Source of the DNA: Ruditapes philippinarum | Lineage: Eukaryota | Direction of reading: 5' to 3' | Length of the DNA: 64,000 bases | NCBI RefSeq assembly: GCF_026571515.1 | Contig: NW_026866227.1 | Location: forward strand, 62,001-126,000 | Shown: piece by piece, positions 1-13,712 of the stretch | How the letters are laid out: each line of letters begins with the position of its first letter | Numbering within the stretch: the first letter of the stretch is position 1 | Program-made: the position numbers and the translations under genes | The notes under the pieces: generated by a model | What the model saw: the letters and a program-made list of their open reading frames with translations, nothing else | What the model was told of the DNA's origin: nothing | Databases searched by the model: none

Positions 1-1312
1 TGTTATTAAAATCCCTTAAACTTTAAATGGACTGTTCCAGATTAAAAGTAGGACAAAACAATTATACAAATTCAGGAGGTTAAGTGTTAAATTTTACACT
101 ATAATATCATTATCCTTGTACAAATATATACCGTAATTATTATAATTAACAAAAAAACACACAATACCAAACAAGGCCCCTGGTGGTTACAAAATGTGTT
201 TACAACAATTATTTTTAAAAAAAATCCCTGCAATTAAAAGCTAGGTATTTTACATTAAGACAGCTACATGTATAGGTATAATAAAATACCATATTAAATA
301 ATTATAAAATGTTTAAAATTATGTCATTATAAAACTAACCAACATGATAAAATCATCAAAATAAAGCAAATTTTATTCATTTTGATAAATCATTTTCTAG
401 TTGAGTAAAATATTCTGACACTGTTAAAGTCATGTGATCATTTTCCAGACCACTGATGCCCCTTCAAACATTATTTTTAACAAATGAGGAGACCCAAGTA
501 AAAAACAACTTCCCTTCCACCAACAATCAAAAATAGCTTCCTCTAACATCACATATTTCAACAGTCATTGATGGATTTCAGCCCATGGTACAGTGTGTCA
601 TACAATAAAATTTGAATAAATATGTTACCCTGATTATTAAGCACTGTCTTCTATCGGTGACTTTAAACATTACAAATATGTATTATCTCCTCATATCAGT
701 GTCAAAAATACTACAAATTGTAACATCATATTAGCACTAGCTGTATGTCTTGTTGATTTACTTATAATTCAGACTGTTTTAAAACAACAACAAACTTCAT
801 AAATTTACAATCATAACAAAATATCAATATCTTAACAACAATGAATGTTTATTCAAAATGCATAGAAGTTAATCGGTTGATTCCAGCAAAAAATATCTTT
901 GCTATTTGGTTATAAAGTCTTAGTTGACTGGTTAATATTAGTTTACATTGGGTGCCGAGTTCTCACAGGAAGGATAAAATGCGCTAAAATGGTTAATATA
1001 CTTGTTTTAAAGCAAAATTACAAGACACTGCTTGATTGGTTAGAAGAATCTTGAGGAACATGATTCGTTGGTTGTTGACCAGCTAGTCTGACACTCTGAG
1101 CATCTTTAAAATGTGAAAAATATCACACTTTTATCTGAAATATAAATAGATAAACATTAATAAATAGATAAACATTCATAACTATCAAAACAAACTTACA
1201 TAATCTTATACAATAAAGACACAACTTCTTATAAACAAATTTTCAGCTTTCTTATATAAAATTTTGGCAAGTAATTCAGAGGTGACACCAGACTAGAGGA
1301 GTACACACAGTA

Positions 1313-2099
1313 CAGTAAAACTTCTTCAGAGCAACTCCTGGAACTGGCAAAGATTTAGTTGTTATGGAGAGGAGTTGCCCTAGGAGGTAAATTCCGTGTT
1401 AAATATTAAAGGGACTCCACTGAGTGAAATCATAAAACTTAAAAACATAAAAATTAAATGTCTCACAAAGCTGAGTGGAGAATATCAAAACATAATGATA
1501 TGCAAAAAATAATTAAGAAATTTACTCAGAAATAAATTGAAAATCATATTTGTGGTATTATAAGTCTGAATTTATTGAAAAAACGCTTTTCAATTTTTGG
1601 TAATTTTTACAGTTATAATAATTTTTCTGGAAAAAAGGGAGAGTGTGAATGGGGAACCTGAAATTTTGAACACAAGCTATTGGTCTAGACACCTACTTCA
1701 AATGGAACATAAAAGTCGAAAATTTATTTTAAGTCTTCACTCTTGTTATGTCAAAAACCCTCAGTGGAGTCCCTGATTTCAACTGATTAGGAGTGTCATG
1801 TGACCGATTATCAGCTTGCGGCCCGGGGCTATAACTGATAATCATAATCGGCCCGCTGAAGACAAGTACATGCACATACTGAAACAATGATGTCACATTT
1901 CACGTCATCAAAACAGCAAGCTTTAATAGCGAAAGTAGGATTGAAGTACAAATTGCTTGATTTTATAGTTAAAACATAAGTGTAATTTCTACAAACACTG
2001 CTTTATTTAAATTTAAAGAAAAAAAAAATAGTTACAATTTCATTCCGTGAAAATAAATTGTGCTGCACATACAGGGAAGCAACTCTGTAGAAGTTACTG
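1313..2099. mobile_element. Probable Tc1/mariner-pogo-type MITE hosting a nested MITE
   Basis: TA|CAGTAAAACTTCTTCAGAG at the left end and CTCTGTAGAAGTTACTG|TA at the right end: imperfect TIRs with TA flanks. Confidence 0.4.
1410..1774. mobile_element. Non-autonomous TIR element (Kolobok-like MITE)
   Basis: Perfect TIR AGGGACTCCACTGAG...CTCAGTGGAGTCCCT, preceded by TTAA on the left. A related copy lies in the opposite orientation at 9299-9653. Confidence 0.65.
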
Positions 2100-2186
2100 T
2101 ATAGTACAGTTGAAATCTACAGAGATAGAAATTTCAACGAAAGAAATATCAATGTAAATTTTAGATCTATCAAGTGTATTAAAGAC

Positions 2187-2335
2187 ATTAATACACGCCA
2201 TAGATGGACCAGAAGGTGATAATCAGCCCTGAAATTAATAATGTCCTCCGGCTAAAGCCCTCAGGGCCATTATTCATTTTTGGGGCCAATTATTACCTTC
2301 CTGCCCTGCTCTGCCCTACTCTGCTGTGTATTAAT
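2187..2335. repeat. Short imperfect fold-back (MITE-like) downstream of ALT
   Basis: ATTAATACAC...GTGTATTAAT termini and an internal inverted pair GAAGGTGATAAT / ATTATTACCTTC. Confidence 0.4.
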
Positions 2336-2430
2336 CTCTTACTACATATGTACAAAGTTAACAGTATTCTAGTTTCAAGTAAGAAGTAAGCTGGAATCAA
2401 TAAAACAAACTAACCTTTAAGATAAGCACA

Positions 2431-5400
2431 CTATTGGTATTTCTTCAAGAAATTGAGATGAAACTCCTTGAATTTTTCCAGCACAGCTTGCATTTCTTCA
2501 AGTTTAGGAAGAATAGTGATCCTAAAGTGGTAGGTGCCTGGCTTCTCTCCAAATCCCGAACCTGGAACCGTACAAATCCCTGTTGTTTCAAGAAGGTCCA
2601 TACAGTAGAAGAAATCTGGAGACTGTTTTTGAGCCTCTGCAGCTTTTACAGCCTTAGGTGGTAAAAATATACGTGGAAATGCATACATTGCCCCCATCAC
2701 CTCATTGCATTTTATACCTTCAATTGAGTTGAATAACTGTGTGACTATTTCAGCTTTTCTCTTCAAAAGGGACAGAACTTCTGACTTCTCTTTTTCAAAA
2801 AGTTCATGAGACGGTTCCCCAGGTTGTGGCGGGTTTACAATAGTGTCCATAACAACTTGTCCCAAGATGGGAGGACAAAGCTTGGCCGAGATTGATTTAA
2901 GAAGAATCGCTTTCACGTCAGGAAGTAGATTTACGACCTCTGCATATCCCCCTCGGAACCCGCACTCCCCCATATAACCTTTAGAACATGACATAAAGGA
3001 GGCTAGCTCTGTCTTGCTGTATTTACCATTCTCCATCTCTGTCATAACCTTCTTGAAGGAGAAGAAAGCCGAGCCCTTCGCCCAGATGTTATGTTGATAA
3101 ACCTCATCCGCTAATATCATCAACTTGTGTTCATTGGCAAACCTAATTATGTCCTCTATATTCTTTCTAGTGAGAACCTGCCCTGTCGGATTTCCGGGAT
3201 TTATCACACATATAGCCCTCGGTACACATTTACCTTTGGCATCTTTAAAGGCTCTCTCTAACTCACTTACATCCAGACTCCACATGTTTTCTTCATTGAG
3301 ATAGTACGGGATTGGATGGGCATTGTATTCAGTGAGGGTTGCCGTATACAGTGGATACTGGGGTACTGGTATCATTATTCCGGCCTTCTCACATCCGTCC
3401 TTACCTGTCATCACGAGATTGAGGATTGTTTTTATACCATCACTAGCACCAGTGCACAGTATTATATCATCAGAACTAGCTTTCTGTCCATCTCTCTTTG
3501 TGATGTAGTTAGCAATATCTTGTCGAATAACTTCAACACCAGGTGAAGCACTGAAGTGTAAATATACCAACAAATTTAGCAAGGAAAAAAAATGTCCAAT
3601 GTTCCTTTGTTAGATTTTATATAGATATTTGTCATTAACTAAAACTATCACTGAATTACATGTATATAAAAACAAGAGCCATCACAAACAGGGGCCACAG
3701 TTTACTTTCTCTTAATAACAAAAGCTACAACATTGATGTCCGGGTCATTTTTGAGTAAAGGTCAAATACCTTACAATATGCCTATGTAGACTTTATTTTT
3801 ATTACATGTATTACATAAAAATTATGTAAAATTTCATTAAAAATTGGTTGAGTGGTTTTGTAGATGCACATACAGACGGCAAGCTTCAATCTTGGCTGGT
3901 TGTTGTGTGGGAATGTGGAAAGTATTATAATTGCGCTTATTGTAACAACAAGAGCTGTCAGTAGGACAGCACGCTTGACTATTCTTAGAGCTTGATAGTA
4001 AAAGAGCTTTGATAATGTAAAATTTTCTAAGTTCACAATAACCTAAAAGGCAATTTATTTTCAAATCCATGTTAGAGTTATAGGCCTTGGAAAGAGTCCT
4101 ACTATGCTCTCGAAGAAGTGTATAAAATTTCAACTTGTTTCAAAGTAAGATGTCAAAAAAATATGAAAATGCAAACTTTAACATAAATTCTAAGTCGAAA
4201 AAGGGGCTTGATTCTGTCAAAATTCCTTCTCCTGTCTACAGGTTGGAGTCATGGTGGTGAACAAGAGTGTGAACTTTCAAAGCCATATGTAAATGGACTT
4301 TGAGAATCTTTGAGGTGGTACGCACACTTAAATGTAAATTGTCAGTCGAAAAAAGGGGCTTAATTCTGTCAAAATGCTTGATAGAGTTACCTCCTCCTGT
4401 CTACAGGTTGGGTGCATGATGAAAAACAAGTATGCAACCTTTCAAAGCCCTATGTCAATAGACTTTTAGAATATTTGAGGTGTTACAAAAACTTAAACAT
4501 AATTGGTTACGCTGACGACTAGGATAGCTCTACTTATTCTTATTGAATAGTCGAGCTAAAAATGGCATAGCCTAAACAATGATAAATCAATTTTATTTGA
4601 CAATGTTATGAAATATATGGTAAAATCAGTGGACTAATAAACACTTAAGTATCTCACGCAAAGCACATTGAATTATAATAACCAATTCTTCATTACATTC
4701 TTTTCAAAACAATTTTTAATAAATTTCTGGCTGTAATAAAATTAAATATTTCTGTTTAAATAATCATTGTGAGAATTGAATCTGCAATCCTGAACCATCC
4801 GGGAGGGCAGATCGCTAATGCTGTAAGAACTTGGGCCCAACCATTTTGCTATTTGTTATAAAGAATTTGATTCTCTGTATATTTACATGTATATATTAGC
4901 AATAAAATAATGATTAGACTAACCATTTCTTGCAAGTTTGACCATTAATGTAAGTATATTGTATGATATAGTATGTGAAACATCATCATATACAACATAA
5001 ATACACACCTATATGAGCCAACACTCTTCCCTTTACATCCCTGTAGTATTCTGCGTGCTTTATTTTTTACATCATCGGGAAAGTTACACGAGTCCATCAT
5101 ATCTGGACATACACATGCTGCGACAACTTGACGTATAAATGTGATCGGGTTTTGACCAGTAGCATGACAGTCACCAATATTGGCTTGTAGCTGAAATAGT
5201 AAGAGATCTTCAATCTTTATACTGACATGGGGAATAAATTCTTACTACTTATTGCTTGTAGACTTTCATCTGTATAAATGTATATCTAATAAGAATGAAA
5301 TTAAGTAATCAAAAGCAGCATAAACTTTTCCTAAAAAGATTCTTGAAATAATATGATGTAGAAAAAAGACTTATCTTTTTATACAGTTAAAGATTTAAGG

Positions 5401-5800
5401 AGTAACTTTTCACTGTACTCTAAAACTTCAATCAATATTTAGCAGCTATTTAAACAATCTTATCCAATTTTAAGTAACAAAATTTGTCTTGGGTACAAAG
5501 TTGAATTTGAATGAAATTAAACAAGTGTAGAAGATATCATGTAATTACTCAAAACAAACAAAATTAATATTCTCTTAACATAATATTTTTCTTTTTCAGC
5601 TCAATTGAGACAATATAAAAGAAATATTTCAACATTACCACTTTCGAAAATGGTTTCTGAGCACCAGCTTCAAGTTCTTTCATAAGACTGACTGAGCGAG
5701 TCACGATGGGTCCTCTTACAGCATATTCCATCTCTACTGCTCGTGGATTTATGGTTTTCATGGTGAGCACACGGCTCTGCTCGTCACAAATATCTCCCAT
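2431..5800 (-). CDS. GPT: Alanine aminotransferase (GPT/ALT-like, PLP-dependent class I/II aminotransferase), 3 coding exons, 487 aa
   Basis: Exons 5800-5639 (MGDIC...[10 protein letters not shown]...KPFSKV), 5190-5009 ([22 protein letters not shown]...GSY) and 3550-2431. All introns are GT-AG with compatible phases (0, 2); 1464 nt total. ALT motifs: [37 protein letters not shown] (PLP lysine), [23 protein letters not shown] further acceptor at 5828-5827 implies an upstream UTR exon. Confidence 0.95.
3945..4562 (+). mobile_element. HINE/Helentron-like non-autonomous element in ALT intron 2
   Basis: Starts ACAAGAGCTGTC. Subterminal inverted motif GCTTGACTATTC / GAATAGTCGAGC, followed by an A-run. 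Two internal ~180-bp related subrepeats (AAAAGGGGCTT...CTCCTGTCTACAGGTTGG...TTTCAAAGCC). Confidence 0.6.
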
Positions 5801-6699
5801 ACTTGATGTATATGTTACTGTATTAACTGATAAATAGAAAAATATTTTAACTTGTATGATACAAATGCATAGTCACTTCATTTTGATGTTAAAATTTCAT
5901 GTTTAAAAACAATTTATAATGATTTGCTAGCAAATTTATTGTCCAAACAAAATCAATCTATGTTAAATACTATGACATAGATCATAAGAATCTTACACAG
6001 GCTGCTGGTACAAACTGGAATATCTAGCTTGAGGGTAACGGTTAAATGACGTCATTCTAAGAACGCATTTCATTCATAAAAGGCGCGCCAAGGGTCAAGG
6101 GGGATATTTTAATCTACAGGCTGAAAATACAACTGATTTTAACAGCATTTCAACCAATGATATGTATCACCAATCTGTTACTAATGATAACCCTGACTAA
6201 TTGTTATAGGTCCAGCTAATGTATAAGTATTTAAACTATCTATCTTCACCTTTGTAACACAAAATTAGTCATTTTTTACAAAAAGTACATTTGCAAGATG
6301 ATGATTCAACACAATCATTTTTATAGACTATTGTAACTTTGTTTTTCAGAAATGAGTAAAATGTTGTTCTATCACACTTAACAATTAACACCTACCATGA
6401 GCTGATGAGCAGTGATTAAAACTGATTTGCCTGAAAATTTGTTTCTTTGGTGATTTATGTTAAATGACTAAAGACGTAAAGTTGGTTTATTTTTACCATT
6501 ATATGTAAACATCTGCCACATGGAATTGTATGTTATTACTGTATGAAATTAGTGATCAGCTGACTTATATACAGTGATGTTAACAGATTTATAAAGAATG
6601 TCAATCTGAGAAATGTATTACTAGTTCAACTATTTTATTTTAATGTACACATGACTGTGTTAAATTACCACGAAATAATTTTTGTGTAGCATAATAATA

Positions 6700-7903
6700 A
6701 AATTTACAACTATATTCAAATCTTTTATCAGGTCCAATTTCAATTACTGTCCCATAGTGTGGCACTTCTGTAGTAAAGCCAACACAGACAAACTTGAAAA
6801 ACTCCAGTACAGGGCCTTACGCATTGTTTTCAATGATTTTACATCATCATATGAAAGTCTCCTTAATAAGGTTAAATTACCCACACTCCATTTAAGCAGG
6901 TTAAAAACAATTGCAATCGAGACTTTCAAGTGCTTACACAATATATCACCTAAATATATTCAAAACTTAAGCCAAAATTTAAGACCTTGTTTTACAATTG
7001 CAGGTATGGATCATACTCTAGAAGTGCCTACAGTTCGAACCACCAGGTAATGGACAGAACTCCTTTCGTCTTGAGGCTGCCCGGGTGTGGAACCAGCCTC
7101 CCCAGTGACATCAGAAGAGTAGAAAACTTTTCAAAGAATTTGGGAGGCTGGTTGGCACCTGGACAGGCCCAAAAATTTAAGTGCTCAATGTGTCGCTTGT
7201 AGCCTTTTGTTAAACACATGTGTGTCTAACATGTGTTTGTATGTGATTAACATGTTTTATATGTGCTTTTATGTATAGTCTTAATATGTTGCAAATATTT
7301 TTATACGATAAATGTTTAATGTTACTTTTTATTGTGCATTATGTGATAGTCCTTGTAATTTCCTTGTATTTTTTTTTTTTTTTGTTTTTTTTATGTATGT
7401 CTTTTTTTTTTTATATATATCTATTATATTTCTTTTACAGGTAGGTACAAAGGTGTATATGTATATTCTTATTTTTGTATTCTTTTTCTTGTAACTTTTG
7501 TAGTTTTTAACTTATTTCAAATTTTTATTTTCTTAATTTCATATTCTTAGATGTGCTTATGCTTATTTTTTTTTATACATGTCTGTCTTTAACTAATATA
7601 TAACTCTTTTACAGGAATGTACATTATTTATATATATCTGTTATTTGTTTTATCTTGTTTGTAATTATTGTAATTTTTAAGCATGCATGGTGCTATAATA
7701 ACTTTAGATGTGCTTATGCTTATAATTTTTAGTTGCTTTAATCAGAATATCTTACTTCCATGTACTTATGCTTATATTTTCTTTTATAGCTGCTTTACTT
7801 TTGTTTAGTTCATATACTATTGTTTGTCGGAAAATAGCTCATGAGCTAATGTTTTCTGTTTATATGTATCCGACGTAAAATAAATTTTCTTGTATCTTGT
7901 ATA
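6700..7903 (+). mobile_element. 5'-truncated non-LTR retrotransposon (L2/CR1-group LINE), RT C-terminus plus 3' UTR
   Basis: ORF 6682-7050 reads FIRSNFNYCPIVWHFCS...KLEKLQYRALRIVF...SYESLL...LPTLHLSR, typical of the post-RT thumb region. It is frameshifted downstream. A T-rich UTR ends in AATAAA plus a (TCTTGTA)2 tail. Confidence 0.8.
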
Positions 7904-8492
7904 ACTATTATCTAACTTCTGTCAAAAGGTCAATTGAGGTCAAGAATTTCACTAATTTTAGCCTAAAATGAAGGTGACGGTCGCTCATGACAGCAGATTG
8001 TCACGTACACATAATTTATTAACATAAATGTAGTTAGGCCAGTATGACTTCTTGAAACCACCAATAAAAATAATGAACCAATATGCTTACTAACAATTAC
8101 CACTCTTCAGTTAAACTTTTTTTCCACCGGCGAGATGTCAATGATGCACTAATTGAATGGTTCCACACTGTCCCTGAACAGTGCAGTATCTCTTAATATA
8201 GAGCCAGGAACTAATCAAACGGTGCTGCTGTTTTTTATGCTTATCTGTCAAAATTGCTTTTTAAAAGAGATAAAGTTTGGATTATCCGCTACTCGGACTC
8301 TTTTTGTTGATCAAACTGAGTTTCCTTGGTATGTACTTTGTATGACATATTGTGGTACATTTACTTTGTTAAATCTATAATAACAGTATTTGTGAGGCGT
8401 GTACATTTGAAGAAGAGGGCGTATCATCCATCTTTAGATTGAAGACCACTAATTGCTTTCCATATACTCAACATCACTAATTCCGCGTCATC

Positions 8493-8552
8493 ACTTATTT
8501 CACGGTAATGGGACCAGTATTTACTTATTTCACGGTAATGGGACCAGTATTT
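8493..8552. repeat. Perfect 30-bp tandem duplication
   Basis: ACTTATTTCACGGTAATGGGACCAGTATTT x2. Confidence 0.95.
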
Positions 8553-9298
8553 AAATTGGTCAAAATTGACATATTTTATTCATACACTTAAACAACAAAG
8601 TTTTAGTACAAAATATTTTAAATATCTTAATTTTTACGTAAAACAGAACAACATTTTACAAATTTCTGCAAAAAGCAACAATAGTCCATTAAATGTGTGC
8701 GTATTTCGGAAACGAACATCATTTTCTAAATGTTCTTGTTTGTTGAAAAAAAAATTGATACACAAAGTAAAGATAGTATTAATATTTAAAATTAAGCAAA
8801 ATATCATGTAAACTTTTTAACTGAAACATGAAAAAACTTAAGTGAAACAACATTTACCGTGATTTAAATGATGACAAACTGTTTTCAAAATACTTTTTTA
8901 ATAGCCGACATATGGTCTACGTCTGGCCCATTAAAATTGATTTTGAGTGAATATATTGTTGTTTCCTTGTGTTATACAGCAGAAAATACCTATTTGTTAC
9001 AGCTTTTGACAATTTTTGTACCATAAGTTTCATTTGTTGTTTTCTCTCTTGTTTCAAAGCGTTAAGTACCGTGAACTGAGAGGAGCGCAGTATAATTTAG
9101 GGTTTTTTTAATAAATTATTTAATTAAATTAATTACCTTTTCTTGATGGTGTAGTAATTTCTAATCAAGTCCCAAAATAACACATTCCAATTGATCACAA
9201 TGTTTTTTCACGTTTACGGCAATAAAGTACAATGCCCAATTTATTAGTTATTTGCAAATATTTCAGGATATATATTATACAAGGTGGAATAGTGATAC

Positions 9299-9653
9299 AG
9301 GGACTCCACTGAGGTTTTTTTGACATGACAGGACTGGAAATAATGTTCCGAGATTAACGTTGTATTTGATGTAGGTATAAACCAATAACTTGTATGCGAA
9401 ACATCTGACTATTCGCCCCCTTTGTTCTATTTGAAAAACCCTAAATGACCCAATAATGGCAATATTGAAAAGTGTTACAACGCTTTTTCTCAAATCAGGC
9501 TATAAAGCATGCGATTTTCAATCTTTTTTTTTTTAATTTTTCTGAATAACTTTTGCATATCTGTCTGTTTTAACTGCCCCAGCTAACCTATGTGAAAAAA
9601 TCTACTGCAGTATGTTGAAATTAGGCCATTAATTTAACCCAAGTGGAGTTCCT
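9299..9653. mobile_element. Second, diverged copy of the Kolobok-like MITE family
   Basis: AGGGACTCCACTGAGGTTTTTTTGACAT matches the reverse complement of the right end of 1410-1774. The right end reads AGTGGAGTTCCT. Confidence 0.55.
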
Positions 9654-11256
9654 TTTATGCTGGCACGGCAGATCTGACATCATTTATGTTTATATGTAAC
9701 CGTTAATTATTTGACGGTTATTATTAAACAGCAACCCAAGTTGGGTACACGTAGCGATTAGCAGCATCATTTCTTACTAAAATATACATACAATAAGTCT
9801 TTTATTTGCCCATTTTCTTATCCTTGAACAATTTATCAACAATATTGCAACCAAAATGTGTTTGAACAAGATATTTCGTGTATGGAAACTTTATTTGAAA
9901 GTTATCTTCAGTACTTCGTATATTCAAGTTAACAAAACAATACTGACAGTTATGGTCTTCCCTTGGAAGACTAAGAGAATGGCCAGTTTCAATAAAAAAC
10001 TTGTTACTTGAACAAGAATATTTAGCAAATGCTTTTCTTACGTAAAAACGGTAAATTAGTAGACAAATAGCTCTCAGGGTTTATCATATATATATGTAGT
10101 TTTGAATTGTTTATATGTTTCACATCACGTGGAATCGTTAATCCGTTTAGACCAGTTTTATGTTTTACTACATACAAGTCTTTGTTTAAGATAATACAAA
10201 TACATTGATATCACCGATAGTTTGGTTTAACCAATCAAATCCAAAACCGTATCTGTATAACACATTTCTAAGGGATGATGCTCAATTACTCCGAACTAAT
10301 TAAGATATCTTGCTGTTCCAGTATTATATAATTTCTTGGATATCTATTTGCAGACGTACATAAAAGTTTGCACCAGTACTTAATACAGTTAGTAAGATGA
10401 TCAATACATAGTGGTTTACCACATTCTCCCAAAGCTACTTTAGCTTATCCTTAGGGAAATCTTTACAATACATGTATTGAAAATGAACTTATTCTAAAAT
10501 ATCCGAGTATTCTATACCGTACATTTCAGACCCATGCGTAAGAATTGGTTTCACTATAGAATCAAATATGTAGTTTTAAATATTTTATTATGATAAAAAT
10601 AACCAAATATTCTATGAAAAGATTTTTATCACTATAATAGATTTCCAATAAGAATGAAAAACCACCGAATACTGTACTTAACAGAAACAAATTTATTGAA
10701 ACACTCGACTACTATTTTTTTACTTCAAATTACGCTTGTGTTTGTATTGTTTTATATATTTAGTTAGAGTGGAATTGAAGAAAAGACATCAAACTGTGTA
10801 AGAGAAAAAATAATATAAAGAATCGAAAAAGTGTTTCAAATTGCCCCGTCTCCCCTGCAACCCCACGTACCCCTGCAAAATACGGATGTGCGTTATAGGT
10901 TTTCACGATGCTAGATTTTTGCAACCATTTCGCTCACTTGAACCAATTGCGTGCTTCGTCAACTTAATCCATATACATGTACATGTCAGTCAAACAGAAA
11001 AATGTTGCAAATTACATGGCAAATTTAAGGGGCAGATTGATTTGCCAATATAATTTTATATAAAAATGTTTCAAGTCTCATCAAGACAATATATTAAAGT
11101 TTATTGCTTATTGTCTTTCCAGCTATCACGTAAATGTAGGAAGCTAATAAAAAAAATAATACAGTACTGATTCTTTTTTTAATGCAGTTGCTATACAATA
11201 TACATGTATATGCCAGTTATATAAAAAAATACAAATGTACTGTCATTTTTTTCAAG

Positions 11257-13434
11257 ATGGCTGAAGGTGGACCGGCGTTAGGCTGGCAAGATGATAAGAC
11301 ACTGTCGGAGGCGTGCCGGTACATGCTGACCAGTCGTTTTGCAGCAGATGTTGAGTTCAGTGTCGGCAACCAACAAGAAATTGTCAAGGCTCACAAGTTT
11401 ATTTTAGTATGTAGGAGTTCTGTATTTCAGGTAAGTTCGGCAGGTCATTAATATTGTAATTAGGATTGACTTGTTTATGATGTCTAAAACGATGTACATA
11501 ATATAAATTAGAATAAATGTCCTTAACCTTATTTAGTACTTTGGTTTTAAGTCAATAAAGTTCTTCATGGGCAATAGTTTCAATGTTAAACAGAACAAGT
11601 TTAATGTTTATTGTTTATTACTCATAAGCAGAAAGAAAGAACGAATGTCGTGTGAATTGAACGTTTGAAACCACAACGTAATATATCGTACTGATCGTCG
11701 AGTTTTAAATAAAGTACTGTCTCAGACACGATCGCTATAATAATGTCTTGTTATGATGAGTGGCTACTGAAGGTTTTGTCTGAGGTGTAATCTATGTGAG
11801 ATCGACGGAAATGTTCTACAAATAATGATATCGGAAAGAATTAATCCTTGCTGCCACTTTTCCTGTTTTAGCGTATAACGTAAAATATAGATGTACATGT
11901 TTGCATAACTAAATGCTCAATCATAATAATCTAGACATTTATTTTACATTTTCAGGCAATGTTTACAAATGACTTTGCCGATAACAGAGAAACAATTAAA
12001 ATACCTGATATAGAACTTGAAATATTTGAAAAACTTCTCACGTAAGTGTGTGCTAAGATTTTCTTTTACATACAATTAAATTTTCTTTTCTTGACCCCAA
12101 AAAAAAAACACCGTAAAATGTCAAATCTTTTATATGTTTTGGGACTTTATTTATTTTTCAGCTCTAATTTCTGTGTTTTCATCTTAACGTACCAAGTAAC
12201 TTCATAGAAGAACAAGACAAAACTCTCTTAAAATTATTAAGATATTTTGTGTGTCATTCTTCAATTCTTTATACATTTAGCTTCAAAGCTTATACTGATT
12301 CAGAAACATGTTAATTATTATTTTTTGCTCATTTTCAGATTCCTGTATACAGATGAAACGGAAATTACGGGAGATAATGTACTGCCATTATTGTACGCTG
12401 CTAAAAAGTACAGTGTTAATAAATTAGTCCGTAAATGTCTTGAATTTCTGGACAAGGGTCGCTCACCTGAAAATATATGTGATATTCTAGAACAAGCTCA
12501 TTTCTACAACGAAAACGACTTTCGGGAGAAGTCAGTCCGGTATATTTTAGACAATGCCAAATCTGTTCTTGGGGATTCCACTTTTCTGGAACTTTGCCAG
12601 GACTGTGTAAAGATGATAATAACGTACGATGAATTACAAGCAGACGAACGTACAGTGTTAGAGGCTGTCACGTCGTGGGGTGAACATCAATGTCAAAAAC
12701 AAAATTTAGAGAAAAATCATGTAAACTTGAGAAGTGTTCTAGGCGATATTCTTTATCTTGTACGCTTTCCATTGTTAGGAGAGACATATTTTACTAACGT
12801 TGTGTCAGAGACAGCATTGCTAAATGATGCTGAAAAAGTTGAACTATTTAAATATTTCTACAAACCAGGCTACAAAACTGAAACATTTATTAGTAGAAAT
12901 AGATACGCTACAAATGATACGCCAAAATATACCGCCACGCCAACAAAAAAGACGGAGTACCGCAATATTCAAACATGTCTGCGGTTTAACCGCGTTTGTG
13001 AAGACGGTTCCTGGTATTGTGGCGGGGAACCAGATGCTATTACGTTTACGACCAATCAGAATCTCTGGATTCATGGCGTGTTGGTTTATGGCACGTACAT
13101 TGGCGAAGGCAATTATGACGTCACTTGCTCTATAAATGATTCTTCAGAGACTGAAATGATTCAAGTACGAAAACAAATCAAGACTGTAGAGCACCAGTTA
13201 ACATACGAAGTTTTATTTGAGGAGGAAATACAAATACAACGAGATAAAAGATATTCTGTGCTAGTGAAACTAACAAACCCTTACGGGATTGACACATATC
13301 AAGGTTTAGACGGTAGTGCGTCTGTTACAGTTGGTAATGTTAAATTCAATTTTTCAAAATCCAAGAATAGTCGTAACGGAACTGATGTTAAAATTGGTCA
13401 AATTCCTGGACTGTTGTTTTCTACTTTAGAATAA
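11257..13434 (+). CDS. BTB-BACK-PHR domain protein (BTBD1/2/3/6 family), 3 coding exons, 451 aa
   Basis: Exons 11257-11430, 11956-12041 and 12339-13434; GT-AG introns, phases 0 and 2. BTB: ADVEFSVG...AHKFIL...SSVFQAMF...IPDIE...FLYTD...LYAAKKY. BACK: W...C...LR..LGDILYLVRFP. PHR: RF...W...DAITF...GVLVYG...F.F......NGTDV..GQIPGLLF. Confidence 0.92.
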
Positions 13435-13519
13435 AGCATAACGATCAATAATAAAAATGTCACCTATACCCTATATTCTACGTGTAGCAGCCAACACCGC
13501 GACACTGAAAAGTAATGTG

Positions 13520-13712
13520 TGCTCTCCAACTTACTTGTCAACGGAGGTTGATGGTTCTGCTATGGTGCCCGTCCATGCCAGAAATAATGCTCGATGGAGC
13601 ACCTGAGGTTTTTTCCAACAGTTAAGATAGAAAGTTACCATATGACCCCTATATGACCTCTATATGTCCTTGCGATATAAACTCTAGCAAAACACACAAA
13701 CAAACAAATAAA
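13520..13712 (+). mobile_element. SINE 3' part with (CAAA)n tail, downstream of the BTB gene stop codon
   Basis: GGTTCTGCTATGGTGCCCG...GAAATAATGC...CCATATGACC followed by an ACAAACAAACAAA tail. Same family as 16841-16995 (opposite strand). Confidence 0.6.

Noticed and set aside
2434-3546. Short + strand ORFs overlapping ALT (and similar antisense ORFs over the TLR, BTB and vWA exons)
   Set aside because: Shadow frames of real coding exons with no independent motifs.
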